A stretch of 64,000 nucleotides of DNA, taken from assembly GCA_036003325.1 (NCBI GenBank), contig DASYSM010000111.1:2231-66230 (forward strand). The letters run 5' to 3'. A program made the position numbers and the translations under genes. How positions within the stretch are numbered: the stretch's first letter is position 1; each line of letters starts with the position of its first letter. The notes under the pieces were generated by a model, which searched no databases, was not told where the DNA came from, and saw only the letters and a list, made by a program, of their open reading frames with translations. This stretch comes from Candidatus Limnocylindrales bacterium. Lineage in GTDB: Bacteria; Chloroflexota; Limnocylindria; Limnocylindrales; CSP1-4. Positions 35,859 to 44,265 of the stretch are shown here, one piece after another.

Positions 35859-36977
35859 CTAGGAGGTCGTCCGCACGGGCATGACGACATGGATGTACTG
35901 GTCGTCACCGACCGGCTTGAACACGCCCGGCGACAGCGGCCCGTTGAGCTCGAGCGCGAACTGGTCCGCCCCGACGTTGGTCAGGACGTCGGCGAGGTAG
36001 CGGGCGTTGAACGCGATGGTCGTGCCGTCTCCGTCGACGGCGGCCTCGACCTGGCCGACGTGATCGCCGACCTCCGCGTTGGCGCTGACCGTGATCCCGG
36101 ACTCCCCGTCGGCGCCCACCTGGAGCTTCACGATGTTGGCCGATTCGTGGGCGATCAGGGCGGCCGGGCGGACGGCCCGCAGAAGCTCCTCGCGATCGAG
36201 CACCGCGCGCGTCGTGTGGCTCTGCGGAACGACCTGCTGGTAGTTCGGGAACTGGCCGTCGATCAGCCGGCTGACGAGGTCGATGCCGTCCAGATGGAAC
36301 AGGATCTGGTTCCGGCCGCCGGCCAGCACGACATCGACCGGCTCATCCGCGTCGGACAGGATCCGGGCGAGCTCGTTGAGCGCGCGGGCCGGGATGACGA
36401 CGCTGGTGTCGGGCACGGCGTCGAGGATCGGGATCGTCTTGACCGCGATCCGGTAATTGTCGGCCGCGGCCAGGGTCAGCCGGTCACCCTCGAACTTGGC
36501 CAGCACACCGGTCAGGATCGGCCGGGCCTCGTCGCTGGCCGCGGCGAAGGCCACCTCGGCCAGCGCACGGCGCAGGACGTTCTGGGCGATCCGGGTGGTC
36601 GGGCGCTCGCCGGCGGCACCGATCGCCGGGAACTCATCGGCATCGATGCCCTTGATGTGAGACTCGAACCGGCCGCATCGGATGTGGAGCAGGTCCCCGC
36701 TCCCGAGATCCAGGTCGACGCGGTCCCCGCTCGGCAGCGAGTTGACCAGGTCGGTCAGCAGCTTGGCCGGGACGGTCGTGGCGCCGTCGGCCTCGATCTT
36801 GCCGGGCACCCAGTAGGTGATGCCGATCTCGAGGTTGGTGGCGGTCAGCTTGAGGCCGGCGTCCTCGGTCTTGAGCAGCACATTGGCCAGGACGGGCAGG
36901 GTGCTGCGATTGGACACCGCCCGGCTGACGACGGACAGGCCGCGGGCCAGGTTCTCCTGCATGACCGAGAGTTTCAC
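35859..36977 (-). CDS. dnaN: DNA polymerase III beta sliding clamp
   Basis: GTG 36977 lies in ORF 35859..37058 and gives 372 aa starting VKLSVMQENLARGLSVVSRAVSNRSTLPVLANVLL. Confidence 0.9.
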   Translation of the reverse strand: MKLSVMQENLARGLSVVSRAVSNRSTLPVLANVLLKTEDAGLKLTATNLEIGITYWVPGKIEADGATTVPAKLLTDLVNSLPSGDRVDLDLGSGDLLHIRCGRFESHIKGIDADEFPAIGAAGERPTTRIAQNVLRRALAEVAFAAASDEARPILTGVLAKFEGDRLTLAAADNYRIAVKTIPILDAVPDTSVVIPARALNELARILSDADEPVDVVLAGGRNQILFHLDGIDLVSRLIDGQFPNYQQVVPQSHTTRAVLDREELLRAVRPAALIAHESANIVKLQVGADGESGITVSANAEVGDHVGQVEAAVDGDGTTIAFNARYLADVLTNVGADQFALELNGPLSPGVFKPVGDDQYIHVVMPVRTTS

Positions 36978-37089
36978 GTTCGGGATCACTCCATGGTGTT
37001 CGCCGGGTCGAGCCGCTGGGCTGCGGGCTGGGATCGGGTCGGTCGTCCGGGCTGCCACGGGCAGACCGTCCGCTGATCGCGCCGGATCG

Positions 37090-37400
37090 GGTCGTGGTGG
37101 GTATCTTCCCTCTATCTTCTCATCCCGTCATCACCGTAGTCATGGTGTTGACTCGGTGGACGGCGACGCTCGCCCGAGGTCGTGGCCGGTGTGGACCACC
37201 GCCGCTGGACCGTGGATGGGACGGGTCGATACGGTGCGGTCGCGGCGGACGGATGGTGGACGGCCACGGACGGGCCGGTCCGGGGGCCCCGGCCTCGCGC
37301 AGGTCGTCCACTCCGCCGACGCGGTTCCGCTGACCGCCGGGCCTGGATGTCCACAACCGGCCATGGTTTTCCACCGATTTGGCGTGTTTATCCACCGAAG
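37090..37400. other. oriC: Probable oriC: DnaA-box cluster plus an AT-enriched patch in the dnaA-dnaN intergenic region
   Basis: Boxes: ATGTCCACA 37347-37355, TTTTCCACC 37367-37375, TTATCCACC 37388-37396 (same orientation, 20-21 nt apart). Reverse TGTGGACCA at 37190-37198. Weaker boxes near 37153, 37211, 37253 and 37304. Positions 37101-37150 are about 48% GC. Confidence 0.7.
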
Positions 37401-37462
37401 GGATGCCGCGAACCCGCCTCCGCGACCGATCCGGGGCGCTCCGCCCGACCCGGCGGCGCAGG

Positions 37463-38854
37463 TCAGTCGGCGTAGATCAGCTCCCGCACGGCCGCGATCT
37501 CGCGCCGCAGCTCGTCGTTGACGGCCACTTCGCGGTTGATCTTGTCGCACGCGTGGAGGACGGTCGAATGGTCCCGCCCGCCGAGCTCCGCCCCGATCCG
37601 CAGCAGCGACACATCGGTCTCCTCGCGCATCAGGAACATCGCGATCTGGCGGGGAACGACGATCGACTTGTCGCGCTTCTGACCCTGGAGTGCGTCCATC
37701 GGCACGCTGTAGTACTCGGACACGACGCGGGCGATCCGCTCGGGGGTCACCTGGCGCTTCTTGGGGTTGTACAGGACATTGGACAGGACCGCCGTCGCGA
37801 GCTCGATGCCGATCGGCATGGCGCCCATGCTCGCGTAGGCCACGATCCGGTTGAGCGCACCCTCGAGCTCGCGGATGTTGCTGACGACCTTGCGCGCGAT
37901 GAACTCGATGACATCCGAGGTGATCGGGACCGCGCCCTCCTCCGCCTTCGCCCGAAGGATGGCGATCCGCGTCTCGAGGTCCGGCGCGGTGAGGTCCGCG
38001 ATGAGGCCCCATTCGAACCGGCTCCGCAATCGCTCCTCGAGGGTGACGATCGCCTTCGGCGGCCGATCGGACGACAGCACGATCTGCTTGGTGTCCTCGT
38101 GGATGGCGTTGAACGTATGGAAGAACTCTTCCTGCGTCCGTTCCTTGTCGGCGATGAACTGGATGTCGTCGATGAGCAGGAGGTCGATCCGTCGGTAGCG
38201 GGCGCGGAACTCGTCGATCTTGCCCTGCTGGATGGACGCGATGAACTCGTTGGTGAACTTCTCGCTGGTCGCGTAGACGACGCGCTTGCGCGGGAATTTG
38301 GCGATCACCTGGTTGCCGATGGCGTGCATCAGGTGCGTCTTGCCGAGGCCCACCCCGCCGTACAGGAAGAGCGGGTTGTAGGCGTGACCCGGACGCTCGG
38401 CGACCGACAGGCTCGCAGCATGGGCCAGGCGGTTGGCCGAGCCGACGATGAAGTTGGCGAACGTGTAGCGCGGGTTGAGGTAGGTCGAGCCACCCTCACC
38501 ACCGACGCGGGTCGGCTCGAGTCGTACCTGCTGGCGCTGGGCCGTCCCGTTCGTCGGTGCCGCGGCCGTCGCGTCGCCCGGCTCAGCCGGTCCGGCGGGC
38601 GCCTCGGGCGTCGGCCCGATCACGAACTCGACCTGGACGCTGTAGCCGACGATTCGGGCGAGGGTCTGGCTGATCAGCGAGCGGTAGCGGGATTCGAGCC
38701 AGTCCTTGGCGAACCCATTGGGGACCGCGATCCGGAAGCGCTGCTCGTCGACGTCGACCAGCTGCGTATCGCGCAGCCACGTCTCGAAGTTGGCGGGCGA
38801 CAGCGAGACCTGGAGCTCACCGAGGGCGGCACGCCAGACTTGTTTTGCGTCCAT
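37463..38854 (-). CDS. dnaA: Chromosomal replication initiator DnaA
   Basis: 463 aa with the AAA+ Walker A LFLYGGVGLGKTHLMHA and the C-terminal DNA-binding helix region (GGRDHSTVLHACDKI). Confidence 0.95.
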   Translation of the reverse strand: MDAKQVWRAALGELQVSLSPANFETWLRDTQLVDVDEQRFRIAVPNGFAKDWLESRYRSLISQTLARIVGYSVQVEFVIGPTPEAPAGPAEPGDATAAAPTNGTAQRQQVRLEPTRVGGEGGSTYLNPRYTFANFIVGSANRLAHAASLSVAERPGHAYNPLFLYGGVGLGKTHLMHAIGNQVIAKFPRKRVVYATSEKFTNEFIASIQQGKIDEFRARYRRIDLLLIDDIQFIADKERTQEEFFHTFNAIHEDTKQIVLSSDRPPKAIVTLEERLRSRFEWGLIADLTAPDLETRIAILRAKAEEGAVPITSDVIEFIARKVVSNIRELEGALNRIVAYASMGAMPIGIELATAVLSNVLYNPKKRQVTPERIARVVSEYYSVPMDALQGQKRDKSIVVPRQIAMFLMREETDVSLLRIGAELGGRDHSTVLHACDKINREVAVNDELRREIAAVRELIYAD

Positions 38855-39198
38855 TCGTCGATCTGATCCTGCGATGGGGGTCGGTTGACGGGTAGCGTTG
38901 ACCAGGGAATGGGTCTCGGGGCCATGGGTCCGCGCGGCTCAGATCTGCCGTTCAGTGGCTCCGGCTGCATGTCTGCCGGGGTCGTTCCCGGGCTTCGGGG
39001 GCCTCCCCGCATGCGTCTCCGGCGCTGAGGGCCCGGAGAGGATAGCACCGCCCCGACGGGCGCCGCAAGGCGATTCTGCAATACCCCCAGGGGGTATCGG
39101 CACACGACCGATCGGACGGCTGTCGCGGCGCTGCACCGGCCGGTTCGAGGCGGGCCTCCCGGCGGAGACGCACACCGCCCGCGAGCCGGAGGACGAGG

Positions 39199-39229
39199 TT
39201 TGACACTCCTCGCGGACACGGCCTATCAT
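39199..39229 (+). promoter_or_regulatory. Putative promoter of the rpmH-rnpA-yidD-yidC-jag operon
   Basis: TTGACA 39199-39204 and TATCAT 39224-39229. The 19-nt spacer is longer than optimal. Confidence 0.4.
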
Positions 39230-39344
39230 CCGCCGGACGACGACGCGCCGTGCGCTTTCGGGCGCCAGGCGCGTTTGCGTGCCTTCAGGGGGTAGTGACA
39301 GACCGTCCCCGAGGCCGGATGGAGAGGATCCCGGACAAGTCCTG

Positions 39345-39479
39345 ATGAAGCAGACCTATCAGCCGAAGAAGCGCCACCGGGCCAAGGAGCACGGCTTTCG
39401 GGCACGGATGAGGTCGGCCGGTGGCCGGCGCATCCTTGCCGCCCGTCGAGCTCGCGGTCGAAAGCGGCTGACAGCCTGA
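39345..39479 (+). CDS. rpmH: 50S ribosomal protein L34
   Basis: ATG 39345 lies within ORF 39279..39479: [44 protein letters not shown]. Confidence 0.95.
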   Translation: MKQTYQPKKRHRAKEHGFRARMRSAGGRRILAARRARGRKRLTA

Positions 39480-39499
39480 CAGTCGGGCGCGGCTCGAAC

Positions 39500-39847
39500 A
39501 TGCCGCGACTCGTGATGCTCTCCCGACCGCAGGACTTCGCGGCGTTCCAGGGAGACGGGACCAGCCGGTCCCACCCGCTCCTCACCGCCCGGTTCCGGCG
39601 GACCGATCTCGAGACGACCCGCTTCGGGCTGTCGACCGGCCGAGCGCTCGGCGGGGCGGTAGTCCGCAATCGTGTCCGTCGCCGGCTCCGCGAGGTGCTC
39701 AGGGTGATGGCGCCCTCGTTCCAGCCCGGCTGGGACGTGCTCATCATCGCCCGGCCCGCGATCGTCGATGCCGACCAAGACGCGCTGGTCGGAGCGTTGC
39801 GCCGAACCCTCGTCAAGGGCGGCGTCATCGGAGGTTCGACGCGGTGA
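39500..39847 (+). CDS. rnpA: Ribonuclease P protein component
   Basis: 115 aa, basic, directly after rpmH. Motif region [23 protein letters not shown]. Confidence 0.85.
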   Translation: MPRLVMLSRPQDFAAFQGDGTSRSHPLLTARFRRTDLETTRFGLSTGRALGGAVVRNRVRRRLREVLRVMAPSFQPGWDVLIIARPAIVDADQDALVGALRRTLVKGGVIGGSTR

Positions 39848-40050
39848 AGCGCATCGGGATCGGGATGATCAGGCTGTACCGGATCGTGTTCGCCTGGATG
39901 CCCTCCAGCTGCCGCTACGAACCGACCTGCTCGCGCTACACGGAGCAGGCCATCGAGAAGTACGGGCTCCTGAAGGGGAGCTGGATGGGTGCACGGCGGA
40001 TCGCCCGATGTCACCCATGGGGCGGGAGCGGTTATGACCCGGTTCGCTAG
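39844..40050 (+). CDS. yidD: Membrane protein insertion efficiency factor YidD
   Basis: 68 aa: [31 protein letters not shown]...[20 protein letters not shown] overlap with rnpA. Confidence 0.9.
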   Translation: MKRIGIGMIRLYRIVFAWMPSSCRYEPTCSRYTEQAIEKYGLLKGSWMGARRIARCHPWGGSGYDPVR

Positions 40051-40065
40051 CGAGGCGCTCAGCCT

Positions 40066-41259
40066 GTGACACTCCGTCGGATCCGGTGGGACCGGATCGG
40101 TCTCATCGCACTGCTGGTCCTGGTCGTCCTGGCCGTGGCCGCGTGCGCCTCCCCCGCCACGCTGCCCGGCGCGTCGGGATCCTCGGCCGCCCCCTCGGCG
40201 ACACCGCACCCGCCGCTGACCCCCGCCCAGCCCGGCGACCCGATCAGCACCCTGGCCTGGCTGTTCACGCCGATCTTCCAGGCGATGTTCATCGTGCTGG
40301 TCGCGGTCTACGACTTCCTGGGCGCCCTTGGCGTCCCGGCCGCCATCGGCTGGGCCATCGTCGCGCTCACCCTCCTCGTCCGGACGATCGTCATCCCGCT
40401 CTATCGCCGGCAGCTGACGTCGCAGCGCCGGATGCAGCTCCTGCAACCCGAGATCAAGGAGATCCAGAAGCGCTACAAGGGCGACGCCGTCAAGTCGCGG
40501 GTGGCCCAGCAGGAGCTGATGAAGGAGCGTGGCATCAGCCCGCTGGCCGGCTGCCTGCCGCTCCTCCTCCAGATGCCGCTGCTGTTCATCATGTATTCGG
40601 TCATCCAGAACGGGCTGACCAATGTCAACCCGACGGCGATGCTCGTCGTCTTCGGCCACCAGGTGGTGCCGCTCGCCTGCAACAACATCAACCCGGCGAC
40701 CGGCCAGCCCGACGCCGCTCTCGGGCCGTGCATCGACACCGTCATCCCGTTCCTCAACACCTCGATCAACGTCGGGCTGCCGTCGACCGTCTTCTCGGTC
40801 GCGCTCGGCTCCTTCGTTCTCGGTATCAGCATCCTGGCCATCGCCTCGGCCGGGCTGCAGCTGGTCCAGTCCCGGATGATGCTGCCCAAGACCAACCCCG
40901 AGGACGACGACCCGAACACCAAGATCCAGCGCCAGACGATGCTGTTCCTGCCGCTGATCTCGATCGTGTACGGCGGGTTCCTGCCCGCCGGCCTGTTCAT
41001 CTACTGGATCACCGCCACGATCTTCTCGATCGCCCAGCAGTACCTGATCGTGGGTTGGGGCGGCATGTTCCCCCTGTTCGGCTGGACGCCGCGTTTCGCG
41101 CTCGACCATACGCCGCGATTCCCGGTGTCGATGCCGCCCCCGCCAGAGCCAAGCAAACGGGCGCCGATCCTGAACGACGCCGACAAGAAGACCACGGCCG
41201 CAAAGACGATCCGCCCCCGCGAGCGGGGCCGTCAGGGCCGACGAGGGAGACGACGCTGA
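40066..41259 (+). CDS. yidC: Membrane protein insertase YidC
   Basis: 397 aa with an Oxa1-family core (PLYRRQLTSQRRMQLLQPEIKEIQKRYKGD...GCLPLLLQMPLLFIMY) and a basic C-terminal tail. Confidence 0.9.
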   Translation: MTLRRIRWDRIGLIALLVLVVLAVAACASPATLPGASGSSAAPSATPHPPLTPAQPGDPISTLAWLFTPIFQAMFIVLVAVYDFLGALGVPAAIGWAIVALTLLVRTIVIPLYRRQLTSQRRMQLLQPEIKEIQKRYKGDAVKSRVAQQELMKERGISPLAGCLPLLLQMPLLFIMYSVIQNGLTNVNPTAMLVVFGHQVVPLACNNINPATGQPDAALGPCIDTVIPFLNTSINVGLPSTVFSVALGSFVLGISILAIASAGLQLVQSRMMLPKTNPEDDDPNTKIQRQTMLFLPLISIVYGGFLPAGLFIYWITATIFSIAQQYLIVGWGGMFPLFGWTPRFALDHTPRFPVSMPPPPEPSKRAPILNDADKKTTAAKTIRPRERGRQGRRGRRR

Positions 41260-41260
41260 C

Positions 41261-42247
41261 ATGAGCGAGTACCGTGAATTCACAGGCAAATCGGTCGAGG
41301 AGGCACTCAAGCTCGCCCGCGAGGCGTTCGGTGCCGACCTCAACGACCTCGACTTCGAGATCCTGACGCCGGGCAGCCGGGGCGTCCTTGGCATGGGTGC
41401 CGAGCCAGCCCGGATCGTGGCCGCCCCGCGGGCGGCCCTTGGCGGAGCCGCGCCGAAGCGCGAAGCCGCCGCATCCCAGCCGCTGCCCCCGCCTCCGGCG
41501 CGCCCCCACGATGACCGCCCACGCGATGACCGGCCGCCGCGCCAGGATCGGCCCCGCGACGACCGTCCTCGCGACGATCGTGGCCCGCGCCGCGACGACC
41601 GCCCACGCCGCGATGATCGGCCTCCCCGCCGCGACGACCGCCCTCGCCGTGACGACCGCGAACGCACCCCCAGCCGCGCCGGCTCGGCGGACCTGTCGGC
41701 GTCCGAGGCGGCCGAGGTGGCCGCCGCCCGTGGCTCGCTGGCCGCCGAGCGCGCCGACCTCGAGGCCGCCGAGGCATCGCCCGAGGCCCTCGCGGCCGGC
41801 AAGGCGATCCTCGAGGAGCTGATGCGCCATCTCGGCTTCGATGTCCGGGTCGAGGTCCAGACCGGCGAGACGAGCCGCCTCAATGTCGTCGCCGACGGCG
41901 ATGAGAAGGAGGCGCTCGGTGCCCTCATCGGGCGCAAGGGTGAGCGGCTGTCCGCCCTCCAGCACCTGGTGAACCTGATGCTCTCGAAGGAGATGGGCGT
42001 CTGGACCCGGGTCCTGGTCGACGTCGAGGATTACCGCGGGCGCCGCGAGCGTCAGCTCCGCGAGCTCGCCGACCGCGCCGCCGCGCGCGTCGTCGAGACG
42101 GGCAAGATGCTCCAGCTGGAGCCGATGTCGGCGCTCGAGCGACGCTGGATCCATCTCTCGCTGCGCGACCATCCGGGCGTGGCCACGCAATCGATCGGCG
42201 AGGAGCCCAACCGCCGCGTCGTGCTCGTGCCACGAAGCGTCATCTGA
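41261..42247 (+). CDS. jag: Jag/KhpB-type RNA-binding protein (Jag_N, KH, R3H) with an Asp/Arg/Pro repeat insert
   Basis: 328 aa in the conserved position after yidC. C-terminal R3H-like ERRWIHLSLRDHPGVATQSIGEEPNRRVVL. Central (D)DRPR(R) repeats. Confidence 0.8.
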   Translation: MSEYREFTGKSVEEALKLAREAFGADLNDLDFEILTPGSRGVLGMGAEPARIVAAPRAALGGAAPKREAAASQPLPPPPARPHDDRPRDDRPPRQDRPRDDRPRDDRGPRRDDRPRRDDRPPRRDDRPRRDDRERTPSRAGSADLSASEAAEVAAARGSLAAERADLEAAEASPEALAAGKAILEELMRHLGFDVRVEVQTGETSRLNVVADGDEKEALGALIGRKGERLSALQHLVNLMLSKEMGVWTRVLVDVEDYRGRRERQLRELADRAAARVVETGKMLQLEPMSALERRWIHLSLRDHPGVATQSIGEEPNRRVVLVPRSVI

Positions 42248-42342
42248 CCGCTCCCGTCACGCGGTCCGCGTGTGGGTCGTCGTACGGCCGCGCCGCGCCA
42301 CCCGAGCTCCGCGAGCGCTCCTGCTAGGATGTCGGCCCTGAC

Positions 42343-44265
42343 ATGACGACCACGAGCGACACCCTCGTCGACACCGGGGCGGATGCGACCGAGACCGGCA
42401 TCGTTGCCGTGCCTCTCCTTCCGCTGACGGCCGCCGCGACCGACGGCGGGCCGGCGGCACGGCCGCGGCGCCGACGATCGTTCGCCTTTCGCTTCGGCGT
42501 CGCGTTCGTCCTGGGCTTCCTGCTCGCCATCGGGACGGGTGCCGGCATCCTCTACGCATGGGGCCAGCAGTACGACGGCCGGATCCTGCCCGGCGTCCGG
42601 GTCGGCAGCACGGAGCTCGGCGGGCTCACCCGCGAGCAGGCGGAGGCGGCGCTCGCGACCGCCTACGGCTCACTCGGTGTCGGCCAGATCACACTCACCG
42701 GCCCGGATGGCCAGGCGACACAGATCAGCTATGCCGACGTCGGCCGCGGCCCGGACACCTCGGCCCTGGTCGACGCGGCACTCGCGGCAGGCCGCCAGGA
42801 CCAGCCGCTCGCTGACCTCATCGGCGGGCCGCAGACCGCGATCCACGGCGTGACCATCGACTCCGGCGTCGCCTTCGACCGTGACAAGCTGGCCGCCGAC
42901 GTCGAGACCCTCGCCACGACCCTCGACCAGACCCCGGTGGATGCGTCCGTGTCGGCCGGCCCCGGCGGGACGTTCGCGGTCTCTCCGGCGACGGACGGTC
43001 GCGCGGTCGACAAGGAGGCCCTGCTCAACGCGCTGGGCGAGCAGCTCGGGGCGATCGGCACGCCGGCGTCGATCACGATGGCCGTGCCGGTCGTGTCGTT
43101 GGCACCGGCGGTCGCCACCGCCTCGGCCGAGGCGGCCAAGGCGGCCGCGGACCGGATGGCCGCCGACCTGGTCGTCGCTCGGGGCAAGGACAGTTGGACG
43201 ATCCCGGGCACGAGTCTCGCGCCGCTGATCTCGTTCTCGACGGCGCCCGACGGAAGCGTCAGCCCGGTGGTCGACGAGGCAGGCCTCGACCCCATCCTCA
43301 CGACACTCGCCAAGCAGGTCGACCGGACCGCCCAGGACGCCGGCCTCAAGCTGATCAACGGACACATCGTCGCCACCGGCACGAGCCGCGAGGGCCGAAC
43401 GCTCATCACGGACGGCATGAAGGCCGCTCTGATCAGCGAGATCGCGGCCCGCCAGGCGGGCGCGCCGGCGTCGCCGGTCGAAGCCGTCGTCAAGGCCGTC
43501 GACCCGAAGCTGACCACGGAGGACGCCAAGAACTTCGCCCCGAAGATGCGGGTGATCAGCTCATACAGCGTCTACTACTACGTCATCGTCAACAACCACT
43601 GGGGCGGGAACATCGAGGCGCCGGCGACGAAGATCAATGGCACGGTCGTGCCGGCGGGCGCGAAGTTCGACTTCTGGAAGGTCGTCGGAGACCTGCGCAA
43701 GCTGCCGGGGGCCGGCCCGGGCAACGCGATCGAGGGCGGGAAGATCACCGTCACCGGAGCGTTCGGCGGCGGCATCTGCACGACCTCGACGACGTTGTTC
43801 AACGCGGCGTTCCGGGCAGGCATGGTGCCGCTCGCCCGGCAGAACCACAACGAGTTCATCAACCGCTATCCGCCGGGCCTTGATGCGACCGTGTGGATCG
43901 TCGGCAACACGAAGCAGACCATGAGCTTCAAGAACGACACCAAGTACCCGATCCTCATCCAGCGGGTCATCACCCACGCCGGCAGCAAGCGATGGATCAC
44001 GTTCAAGATCTGGAGCGTGCCGAACGGCCGGACCTACAAGATCAGCGACCGGGTCATCCAGCCTGGCCCCCGGGCGATCGACACGATCGTGAAGGATCCG
44101 ACCAAGCCCGTGGGGTATTCGTTCCGGAACAACGCCCCGGCCGACGGCGCCAAGGTCTGGGTCACCGTGTCGATCTTCGACCACGGCAAGCTCCACTGGA
44201 CGAAGCGCTACTACTCGAACTACCCGGCGGTCAAGGGCGTTCTCGTGGTCGGGACGAAGACCTGA
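42343..44265 (+). CDS. VanW-domain protein with a long N-terminal extracytoplasmic region (second paralog)
   Basis: 640 aa with a TM segment near FVLGFLLAIGTGAGILYAW. C-terminal VanW block GGICTTSTTLFNAAFRAGMVPLARQNHNEFINRYPPGLDATV. Confidence 0.75.
   Translation: MTTTSDTLVDTGADATETGIVAVPLLPLTAAATDGGPAARPRRRRSFAFRFGVAFVLGFLLAIGTGAGILYAWGQQYDGRILPGVRVGSTELGGLTREQAEAALATAYGSLGVGQITLTGPDGQATQISYADVGRGPDTSALVDAALAAGRQDQPLADLIGGPQTAIHGVTIDSGVAFDRDKLAADVETLATTLDQTPVDASVSAGPGGTFAVSPATDGRAVDKEALLNALGEQLGAIGTPASITMAVPVVSLAPAVATASAEAAKAAADRMAADLVVARGKDSWTIPGTSLAPLISFSTAPDGSVSPVVDEAGLDPILTTLAKQVDRTAQDAGLKLINGHIVATGTSREGRTLITDGMKAALISEIAARQAGAPASPVEAVVKAVDPKLTTEDAKNFAPKMRVISSYSVYYYVIVNNHWGGNIEAPATKINGTVVPAGAKFDFWKVVGDLRKLPGAGPGNAIEGGKITVTGAFGGGICTTSTTLFNAAFRAGMVPLARQNHNEFINRYPPGLDATVWIVGNTKQTMSFKNDTKYPILIQRVITHAGSKRWITFKIWSVPNGRTYKISDRVIQPGPRAIDTIVKDPTKPVGYSFRNNAPADGAKVWVTVSIFDHGKLHWTKRYYSNYPAVKGVLVVGTKT

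Noticed and set aside
36968-36985. parS-like half site (GTTTCACGT) at the dnaN start
   Set aside because: Only half of the 16-bp palindrome is present, and it lies within the dnaN start codon region. This is most likely chance.
38855-39344. oriC in the dnaA-rpmH spacer
   Set aside because: No convincing TT(A/G)TCCACA-like boxes were found by eye. The box cluster and the AT-enriched patch are in the dnaA-dnaN spacer instead. A bipartite origin cannot be excluded.
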